DNA from: Paramoeba atlantica
Lineage: Eukaryota; Protista; Discosea
Assembly (NCBI GenBank): GCA_977017575.1
Contig: CDRNVI010000066.1
Span: 62,001-126,000 of the forward strand
Direction: 5' to 3'
Length of the DNA: 64,000 bases
Positions 9,559 through 17,948 of the stretch are shown piece after piece. Numbering within the stretch: the stretch's first letter is position 1; each line of letters starts with the position of its first letter. Below the pieces are notes generated by a model, which saw only the letters and a program-made list of their open reading frames with translations, was not told the DNA's origin and ran no database searches. Made by a program: the position numbers and the translations under genes.

Positions 9559-12500
9559 TCACAAATATGTGGAATTTTTTTCTCCGTATGTGGTTACTGC
9601 AGGTCTTCTCGTCATGTACCCCGGGTGCTCTTCGCCTTTCCGCGTGCTCATACATTGGACTCGACTTTTTGTGACGTTGATTTTTAATCCGATTTTGGAG
9701 AGCACCGTGGTTAGTGCGTTCAGCGAAGTTTGCACGTCACGGTCACTTTCGGTCAGAATGGTTAAATCATCGGCATACGCTTTCAAGAAGTTGTTATCGC
9801 CGTTGGGAAGGCGCATGCCAAAGGTTGGACACGAGAACCGAACGTATCGTAATACGATTTCCATGACTACTAAGAATATAGTGGGGGAGAGTGTATCGCC
9901 TTGTAAGACTCCCTTCTTTACATGTATGGGACGCGTTAGACCTTCGTAACATTTAACTCGTATGTGTGCATCAGTGAGGCTGTCTTTGATGTAGTCGACA
10001 ACGTTGCAGGGTATGCCTGCCCAACCTAGGGAAGCTAGTATAATGTTATGCGGGATCGAACCAAAGGCGTTAGTGAGGTCCAATTGGGCCAGACAGTACT
10101 GTCGTTTATGTCGCTGGTAGTGCTGGAGGAGGGTGCATAGAGTTTGGGTGTGCTCCAATGTCCCATTGATTTCGGGAAGAAACCCTTTCTGTATTTCCGG
10201 GTCAATCACATTGTGTCCAATAAGATGTTGGGTCAGGCGATGCGATATGATTGTGTGGAACGCTTTACCAAGGGCGCTCGTCAGTGAAATGGGGCGCCAA
10301 TTTTTGGGGTTTTCCGGTGCTCCGCTCTTATGTATCAGCCTAGTGATTGCAGTTTTCCATGATGGAGGGCAGGTCGAGAAAGTCATCAGATTATTGAATA
10401 CCTTAGCAAATTGATCATGCATGGATGGACATTTCTTAAGAATCAGATTGGTGATCGTGTCTGCACCGGGTGAGCTGGAGTTCCGTTTCATATTGATGGC
10501 TGCTGTGACATCGTCTCGCGTGATTGGGTCCCAATGCATGGGTTGGGCGGCTCCTGGTCCGAGTACATCTGGAGGAGGCAGTTGGAAGAGTTCTTCACTG
10601 GGTTTAAAGCTGGACTCGAAGTATGTCTCTATGGTGTTCCGGTCGCAGGTCGGGTAAGTTGTATTCTGTACTTCATTAGCGTCAGGTTTGTCGATCGTTT
10701 CTGAAGCTGCTGTCCACGGATTTCTGGAAAATCGCTCGGAGGCCCAGCGCTGATCGATTTCTTCTCTTTGTTTCGTCGCTTCTTCCTCACGTATCCTGAC
10801 TAGCTTTCGACATTCTTTGATTTGTGCTCGTAATTCGTCTCGTTCCGTCCTACTTCTCGTATAGCGTAGCGAAGTTTTCAAGGTTGTGAGATGGTGTTTC
10901 AGTTCTTGTGCGACTCTCTCCGTGGCGAGTGGTCGATACCTTCGTCGGGCGTGTCCGGTGCTAGCTCTGATGAGGAAGCCCCTTGTCGGATTCGCTTCCG
11001 TCGCTATTTCGTAAGCAGATACGGCTAGGGCGGCGCTAAGAAGTTCCGCGTTACGTATAGCTGTCTTCCTGTCCGTTGTATCGCTTAGAAGTTCGTTGCA
11101 ACGTGCACTTGCTCTCGCTTCAACCTGTCGCCATTGCTCTTCGCTGAGTCGTATGGTAACCTTCCCGCCAAGTATTGCATTGTGCTTTTGCAGGAGTTCT
11201 ACTGCTTTTTGACTTTGAGAGGCGTCAGATTGCACGGTCGGCGTGGAGGGTTCAACTTGGGAATGTATGTTATTGGGTACTGTTGTTGGGGATTCACAAC
11301 TGGTTTCGTTCCCTGGTGCATAGGGTGGCCCAAATACTTTGCAACATAGGTGTGCGCACTCAAGTTTGTTTCGACACGTGTGGCGGCATGGCTGCACAGT
11401 GCGCAGTGTCGGTGCACTACGGTTCTGTTGAATGCGACTCGGTGATGCTTCTCTGCGTGAGATACGTTCGTAACTGACTTCTTCCGCTTCCTCCAGTCTT
11501 CGATGTACTGTAATGCGTAGATGTCTGAGATGTGGTATATCCATTCCGTTAAGCGCCTTCATGACTGCACGGCCTAGTGCTCCCGCTGTTGCATACTTCT
11601 CGTTGAGTTTAAGTGTATTATCTTGGAGAAGGGATGTCCAGCTGGCATGCCGACTGATGTGTTGACTATTTTGTTCTTCGATATGTATGTAGTCGCATCC
11701 GCGGTGGTCCATGAGTTCTTCAGTTGTGGAAGGCTCGACAACCAAGTCATGAGAGTTGCTTTTACCAGATAACATTTTCGAGAGTGCCGCTTGTGCTGCT
11801 TGGAGAGAGGTTATTCTAGCCCGGACGAGAGGAGATTCGCTGGCACTTCGAATATCTGGAAAGTATGTCCAGATCAGGTTTGCTACTGTTCGCACTTTCA
11901 CGGGGCGGGCTCTGCTCTGGACAAAGTGAAGGTATTGCTTTTGCCGTGGTTCATGGTTTGTGTCAGGTGGTGCGGATTCGTCCCGGTTCTGTGTCGCGCT
12001 GCTTTGAAATACCCAGCCAGGGACTTCATCGTTTTCTCCTTCCTGTTCCCTGGGACAAGGCATGATTAATTCTTGCTTTTCCGTCAGCTTTTCCACCTCG
12101 TACATCTCATTGTGGTTAAGCGTGACTGTTGGGTTTGCTGGTAAATAGGGATTGCTTTCTTTCTCGACTGCAGTCGTGAATGGCTGGGATGATGTGCATA
12201 GTTTCGTGGGGCTTGTGGTTGCGGGTTCTGGTTTTCCGTCATTTTGTGGCATAGTGTCTACTTGTATATAGAAAAGCCTGATATACCAGAGAATTATTCG
12301 TTGTGCAAGTTTCATGATGTCAAGAGCGGTCATGCTCAGTGGTTGCTTTTTCAACCGTGCGACGTTTGAACAAAATTTCTCGTGCATTATTCGTATCCGG
12401 GGCAGTAAAAGCAGAGGCGATGGGAAAATGTCATACGTTTTTGTGCAAGAAGAAGTAATGAACCTGATGGTACTACCTATGCACACATATACCATGTTCA

Positions 12501-13281
12501 TACATTGGACAATGTGTAATGGGTTTGCTGCTTCAGAAAGCCAACCAGTTAATAGGGACAATAGGGTTTGAGTGTTCCTTGTGATGACTAGTAGTACGTG
12601 ACCAAAGGGTCCATTGTTTGTTGGCACCACATTTATGACTTTCTTCTGGGAGTGTCGTATATGACGTTTGCAACAAGGGTGTTTGCAGATGACTTTGTTC
12701 AGACAGATGTGCCTACACGGTTTTGTCGTGATACTTTGTGTGCCAACATTTCGACGGAAAGGATTGAGGGCGTTGGGTGACGGGATTGCGCGGATGGGTG
12801 CTACTAGGAGGTGAACGGCGAGGCTAGATATCCATCTGAAGACGTTAGATATGATGATGCCAATATTCCGCATGTTGTAGAGAGTTCTGAATACTAGTAT
12901 AATTGATCGGGCCATGGCAAGCGGGGAGACTTCAAAATTCCTTCGTTTCTTTGACATAACGGTATGTGATGTTACGGTGTCGCTATCGGTTATACTTTGC
13001 GCAGTTAAGTGACGCTTGCAGCACAAGTGTAAGCATTCACGTTTATTCAGACACTTGTGCTTACAGGGTTCCGCTGGGGACGATGCGGTGGTATTCGCCG
13101 AATTGCCAGTCACATGCTCGGTTTGCGTGACGTTTAGCAGATTGTCGGGAGTACTTCCGTTCTCGTTGGAAGAGGCGTCAGGATGGGTGGGAGTTGCGCT
13201 TTGCTTGCGAACGCCGCGTGGTCCTCGTGTAAGGTCCTGCGGCGCATTCGAGTGGGATCGTTGCGCGCGGTGTCGCGCCAT
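9559..13281 (-). CDS. Element A ORF, N-terminal part: three CxHxC..CxHxCCK fingers, unknown domain, reverse transcriptase
   Basis: 1240-aa ORF. It ends in an A7 run; removing one A gives GEKIPHICDAGSSFLGM, which joins the next ORF and matches element B (GKAIPHICDRGSTFLGM). Confidence 0.88.
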   Translation of the reverse strand: MARHRAQRSHSNAPQDLTRGPRGVRKQSATPTHPDASSNENGSTPDNLLNVTQTEHVTGNSANTTASSPAEPCKHKCLNKRECLHLCCKRHLTAQSITDSDTVTSHTVMSKKRRNFEVSPLAMARSIILVFRTLYNMRNIGIIISNVFRWISSLAVHLLVAPIRAIPSPNALNPFRRNVGTQSITTKPCRHICLNKVICKHPCCKRHIRHSQKKVINVVPTNNGPFGHVLLVITRNTQTLLSLLTGWLSEAANPLHIVQCMNMVYVCIGSTIRFITSSCTKTYDIFPSPLLLLPRIRIMHEKFCSNVARLKKQPLSMTALDIMKLAQRIILWYIRLFYIQVDTMPQNDGKPEPATTSPTKLCTSSQPFTTAVEKESNPYLPANPTVTLNHNEMYEVEKLTEKQELIMPCPREQEGENDEVPGWVFQSSATQNRDESAPPDTNHEPRQKQYLHFVQSRARPVKVRTVANLIWTYFPDIRSASESPLVRARITSLQAAQAALSKMLSGKSNSHDLVVEPSTTEELMDHRGCDYIHIEEQNSQHISRHASWTSLLQDNTLKLNEKYATAGALGRAVMKALNGMDIPHLRHLRITVHRRLEEAEEVSYERISRREASPSRIQQNRSAPTLRTVQPCRHTCRNKLECAHLCCKVFGPPYAPGNETSCESPTTVPNNIHSQVEPSTPTVQSDASQSQKAVELLQKHNAILGGKVTIRLSEEQWRQVEARASARCNELLSDTTDRKTAIRNAELLSAALAVSAYEIATEANPTRGFLIRASTGHARRRYRPLATERVAQELKHHLTTLKTSLRYTRSRTERDELRAQIKECRKLVRIREEEATKQREEIDQRWASERFSRNPWTAASETIDKPDANEVQNTTYPTCDRNTIETYFESSFKPSEELFQLPPPDVLGPGAAQPMHWDPITRDDVTAAINMKRNSSSPGADTITNLILKKCPSMHDQFAKVFNNLMTFSTCPPSWKTAITRLIHKSGAPENPKNWRPISLTSALGKAFHTIISHRLTQHLIGHNVIDPEIQKGFLPEINGTLEHTQTLCTLLQHYQRHKRQYCLAQLDLTNAFGSIPHNIILASLGWAGIPCNVVDYIKDSLTDAHIRVKCYEGLTRPIHVKKGVLQGDTLSPTIFLVVMEIVLRYVRFSCPTFGMRLPNGDNNFLKAYADDLTILTESDRDVQTSLNALTTVLSKIGLKINVTKSRVQCMSTRKGEEHPGYMTRRPAVTTYGEKNSTYL

Positions 13282-13312
13282 GTAGATTTAAACGATAAAG
13301 AAATAAAGAAAT

Positions 13313-13344
13313 CAACAAGGTACAGAAACTGTATCTTTATCGTT
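13313..13344 (-). other. Spliced-leader-like sequence at 5' end of element A
   Basis: Minus strand AACGATAAAGATACAGTTTCTGTACCTTGTTG contains the kinetoplastid SL core ACAGTTTCTGTAC and ends in TTG, 31 nt before the ATG. Confidence 0.8.
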
Positions 13345-13382
13345 CCATCCCCTTCTCGTTTTTACCTCATCTTTATCGTCTC

Positions 13383-14300
13383 CATCCCCTTCGAAGACAA
13401 GGTGGAGGACATGCAGGCCAAAGCTGTCAAGGCCTTACAAGGTCGGCGCCCCGGCACACCCGCCAGGGAGCAGCGACGCGCTTATGGGGCGGCTGATTTG
13501 GACAAGGCACCGTTGGACAAGGCCACGCATCTGGTCTGCATGCGCCAGATCCAGAACATCCACTCGACCAAGTGGATGAATGCGTGGCTAAATAGGCCGG
13601 AGTACTACATGCGGGATCCAGAATGGGAGACCGCTGCTAGACTCCGGTACATGGTGGCCCCCACCTCCGAATCTGAAATGCAATGTGTGTGCGGCGCGGC
13701 CCTCAAAAATGAGGATTTCTGCGTCCACGCCATGGATTGTAAAAAGGTTCGGGGGAAGACACAAGCCTCTCTCCACAAGGGGGTCAATGAAACTTTCCGC
13801 AACCTACTAATCCAGTATGGTTTCACCACGGACCTGGTCGAACCTAGGTTCGGCAACGGGTGGGGACCGGACATCTGTTTCCTTTTGGGGTGGAAACTAG
13901 TCCTAGTGGACGTGACGGTGGTGAACCCACTGGCACCGTCCTACGTGGATAAGGAGGCAGTTGAGCCCTCCTTCACCGTGAGCCAGGCTGAGCGCCTCAA
14001 AAGGCGCACTCATGAGGAAATGGCGGGGGCCAGGGAGATGGGTTTCTTCCCTTTGGCCTTCACCACTTACGGTGTCCCCGGCCCCGAGACCCTCAAGTTT
14101 CTAAATCTGGTAGCTCGGAAGGCCACTGGCGAGAAGAATGGTTGCCTCAGCCATTTTATCATGGCAATCGGGGTAGCCATCCAAAAGGGGAACGCCCAGA
14201 TAGCGCATGCCGCGGTACAAAACTGGTACCGTAGGGGAGTGCGCTAATGGGTTCGGGGGAATAATTTTAGTGTTTTGAGTGCCCTTAAAAACTTTAAAAA
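13383..14300 (+). mobile_element. CRE copy 1, 3' part (zinc knuckle plus RLE, stop at 14247, A/T tail)
   Basis: CVCG...HAMDC...LH knuckle, PDI...VLVDVTVVNPLAPSY...AERLK...FFPLAFTTYG, then TAAAAACTTTAAAAAACTT. Confidence 0.85.
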
Positions 14301-14949
14301 ACTTGGAGGAAAAAAGGGAGATTTGACCATTATTTAATAATACAATATTAAAATATCAATAATGTGGGCGAAACTTCAACGGTGAAAATTATGAATAAGA
14401 CTGAATCATTTCGTCAGTGTTAAAGGGTTTCGTAATATAGTAGTTCATCATGGACTAAATGACTCCGCAGAGAAAAATTCATCATGTAGAAAAAAGAAAG
14501 TACCGCCATGCACATTGTGGTACCAGTCTACACAGCAGAATAGGAGGTTACCTCAGGTGAATGCATATCTTGCGGTCTCATTGGGACCAATTTGTTTACC
14601 AATCAATGTCTTGAGACTCAAGACATTGAAAGGTGCGTCAATTTCATTCTTCCTTCTTACGACCTTGGTACGTGGCCCCTGGTAAGCAGTTCTGAAACAA
14701 GACTTCAGACTGTGCGTGTTCACCCCGCTGCACCTCTCCTGAGGGAGCGGCGTAGCCCCTGGAGGCCCCGCTAAGCCTGACACAAAACGCACGCACAACC
14801 CACGCAAGGCAGGCAAAGCACGGGACGAGTTCACGTCGGACAGGACTCTGATCTCAGCAGGAACCATGCAGGATTACAGCAGGAACCATGCATACGGGAG
14901 CTAGCATACGCTACGATGCGAGTCCGTCATCTTCGGTGTTCTTAAGTCC

Positions 14950-15270
14950 TTCCGGGCTTCCACAACCGGTTTTGATGTTCATGCGATCGTTGGCGAAGAG
15001 ATACAGCCCTTGATGCGACGACCGATATCATCGGCGCAATCCGCAATGGCGGAAATCGCACCAAGGGGCATTTGACACGGACTTTGGCACAAAACCTGGA
15101 CAACGCCTTCAACTCCATCATCAGGTCGTCCTTCCTTGTTCCAGTAACCTGGAGTAAGAGGTTCGATGACTCTGAGGGGGGTCTCTTTCTGTTACAGTTC
15201 CCCAAGCACTATTTTTATGTGCGGGGGGACTACATCCGCAGTACCAGGGGGTGAGGCAGGAGGGGATTAC
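14950..15270 (+). pseudogene. Degenerate CRE-like RT fragment
   Basis: NLDNAFNSIIRSS (compare DLxNAFNSISR) and frameshifted IRSTRG-VRQ (compare GVRQG). Confidence 0.55.
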
Positions 15271-15670
15271 TCGCACTCATTCTATTCTCAATCGGTATCC
15301 AATATGTCTAGACAAGGTGGACGATAATTTCCCCGTGGCCCCATCTCTCCCTGCAGGATTTCCGAGTCAGCATGTGAATATAACGTCCATGAAAGGAGTG
15401 TGATGTGAATATACAGTACAGTAGTAAAAATGAAGAGATGAGCACATTACGAATAAAATATAGAGATTAAGGAAATTTTCACGCCTACAATAAGATATCA
15501 AACCAGCACCAACTCTGGCAAAGATAAAAATACTAAAAACTATGAAGAATTAGCATACTAATACAGTTCTTTACGTCTAAAAACGCAATTGTGAATTCTT
15601 TATGGGAAATATTAAAGCCGAGCAATAAATCAAGATGCGCTTTTGTGAATGGCATGGATACAACACGATT

Positions 15671-17545
15671 TTACGACCTCCTGAACCAACAACTTCTTTG
15701 CTCTTTCCCATCCATACAGAATGGAGGATTCGCGATGAAGTCCACAACATCGACGTCATGATCCGTACTTAACTTTTCTCGTAACGTCCGAATTTCCAAA
15801 TTTGGTTTAACGCTAGCATCCAATGAAGGGCACACCACGCGCGCTACCGCCAGGCGTACATTGACTACAGTATCCGAACCAAGTCCCACAAAGGCGTGTA
15901 AAAAATTCTCTAAAAATAAGTCCACGGCGTTGCTCCTTAACAGCTCAAAACAAATCTTCACAAAAAGCATCCGAGAGGCATAGTGCGGTTTCGTGGCATA
16001 TTCCAGCACATTAGAAAGCGTCTCGGTGAGATAATTAGACTGCGTGCTGTGGAGCTGTGCCATCACCTGCACAACCGCGCACACGCCCTGGGAACGCACA
16101 TCCGCGACACTGTCCTCAAGAAGCCGCATCGAGAGCTCCTCGAGGTACTGGTAACAAAACTCTGGGGTGGTAAACGCGGTCAAATGACACAAAGAACGCG
16201 CAACGGATTCTCGAACCCTCCAGTTCTCTGTGGCACCTGGGACTGCACAGATTAACAAAAGTACGCGCTCACGCAATGCCGGGGACAGGACCTTTACCAA
16301 TTCATCAGAATGTCGCAGGACGGCAATCTTAAGCTCATCCGCGTCACGAAGAAACTGTTCAAAGGCAGGAACCATTATCTCCTGTGAGATCTCTGGGCTC
16401 ACCACGCGTACAATTTCATGCAGCCCGCTGGCTGTGGCATGTCGTACTTTCGGGATACTACTCTCTAAAAATTGTCGAAAACAGTTCTCCGCTTCGCACC
16501 ACCGTGTCGGACCAATTTGCTGTAGCACAGCAGGGAAGTTGTGTGCGCAGATCCCGCAAATTTCTTTGTCGCTGTCTTCCTCCTCGGGACTCATTAATGA
16601 AGTAAACTGAGCAATCATGGATTGTGAGATGTGTTCCGGTTGTATTGTGTGAAGCAGTGGTCCAAGACACTGGGCTGCACTTAGACGTACCCACCGTGAG
16701 GAGTCTTCCGATAGTGTTTGGTAAATCTCAAAGATCTCGGTATGGCGGTGCTTCACGTCAAGAGCCTCAGAAATGTTCACCAAGGCTTCCGCGCAGGACT
16801 TGCGCACACCCCAAATCTCGTCCTTGCATAGGGAACGGAAAAGGGGGAAAAGTAAATCGTGCGACTTGTCCGGTCCCAGAAGTTGCATCATTTTATCCAA
16901 GTGGGAGGCTACACCTCTGCGTACGTTGAAGGAAGAATCCTCCGATAGCTTTCGCATTACCGGAAGAATAGTTTCCTCCGTAGTTTGAGGCCCGAAGAGC
17001 GAGGCTAAGTCGTTTAAGATTTGCGAAGCGATCACACGAGACTCTTCCCCTCTTGATGCTTCGGTCAAATTCAGAATAGGACATAACAGGTCTTTGGGTA
17101 CATCCTCGTGTACTAGCAGTGGTCCAAGATCTACGATGCAGGAAGCCGCAGCTGAGGTAACATCCGCATTCGGGTCATTTGTCAACTCGAAGGCATATAG
17201 GAGTAACGTATATATCACTTCTTGGTGTTGCACTCTTTCAACGCTACCCATCAAAAAACTAGCTAGAGGGGCAAATTGCTCCACCACTGCGTGTCGTACT
17301 GACGGCTCGCTGTCAGCAACAAAATGTGACAATATCGGTAAAATTCTATTTAAAGTTTCTTTTGCCCCAGCTTCTTGAGAAGTCTCAACCAGATCTTGAG
17401 CTAACAACATCCTTTGCAAAGCAAATTCGCTGGTGTGATATCTTTCAAGACGATCAAGGGGGTTGAGAGTGTCGTCGATGGCATACTCCTCAAATAGAAG
17501 TTCATCTGTCTCTAAGTCCTTTAACGATGCTTCAGTATCAATCAT
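15671..17545 (-). CDS. HEAT-repeat phosphatase regulatory subunit (PP4R1 / PP2A-A family)
   Basis: Repeated LSEDSSFNVRRGVA, LCKDEIWGVRKSCA, LSEDSSRWVRLSAA, NWRVRESVA, DSVADVR, DTVVNVRLAVA. Confidence 0.85.
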   Translation of the reverse strand: MIDTEASLKDLETDELLFEEYAIDDTLNPLDRLERYHTSEFALQRMLLAQDLVETSQEAGAKETLNRILPILSHFVADSEPSVRHAVVEQFAPLASFLMGSVERVQHQEVIYTLLLYAFELTNDPNADVTSAAASCIVDLGPLLVHEDVPKDLLCPILNLTEASRGEESRVIASQILNDLASLFGPQTTEETILPVMRKLSEDSSFNVRRGVASHLDKMMQLLGPDKSHDLLFPLFRSLCKDEIWGVRKSCAEALVNISEALDVKHRHTEIFEIYQTLSEDSSRWVRLSAAQCLGPLLHTIQPEHISQSMIAQFTSLMSPEEEDSDKEICGICAHNFPAVLQQIGPTRWCEAENCFRQFLESSIPKVRHATASGLHEIVRVVSPEISQEIMVPAFEQFLRDADELKIAVLRHSDELVKVLSPALRERVLLLICAVPGATENWRVRESVARSLCHLTAFTTPEFCYQYLEELSMRLLEDSVADVRSQGVCAVVQVMAQLHSTQSNYLTETLSNVLEYATKPHYASRMLFVKICFELLRSNAVDLFLENFLHAFVGLGSDTVVNVRLAVARVVCPSLDASVKPNLEIRTLREKLSTDHDVDVVDFIANPPFCMDGKEQRSCWFRRS

Positions 17546-17948
17546 TCTTGAAGTCCACTGTTTTTCTCAATGAATCGAAGTGTCCAAAAATTATTTTCCC
17601 AGAAAGGTCAAGGCCTAGAAAGGTCAAGGCCTAGCCTGCGCCATTGCAGTCATGAATAACATCAAAAGGAAAGTCAGGGCTAAGCGCAATAAAAATTACA
17701 CATTGGTACGCAAAAAAACGTGGTCAGCAATCTTATGATACTCGTTCATGTAAATTTGTGTGAACGGATATATAATTTGTGTAGAAAAATACAGGCTTGC
17801 AAGTTGTCTAGCTATTGCAGGCAAACTAATCTACGGGGTGCGACGAACACTGATTTGCCATCTTTCATGTTTCGCGTTTCATAGCACTATTATTGTCAAT
17901 AGTCCCTGGTTAGTTGAGCATTTTCACATCTATGGCACTGGGTGAAGA

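Larger units (their letters stand above)
8098..13344 (-). mobile_element. RLE-type non-LTR retrotransposon A (HERO/NeSL/R2-like), near intact, nested in CRE copy 1
   Basis: RT motifs NWRPISL, QKGF, DLTNAFGSIPH, GVLQGDTLSP, AYADDL; CCHC knuckle CPICRDKPQTTRHVLSSC; RHD; RPDG...IIELTVPWEEN...RKSEKY endonuclease; (TAAAAACTTTT) repeat tail at 8098-8140; SL-like 5' end. Confidence 0.93.

Noticed and set aside
9570-9585. Programmed ribosomal frameshift in element A (also the G run near 38270 in CRE copy 2)
   Set aside because: Homopolymer indels explain them; element B is in frame at the equivalent site.
13183-13382. N-terminus of the 354-aa plus-strand ORF as a real protein start
   Set aside because: It reads antisense through element A's start and SL; CRE homology begins only at about 13385.
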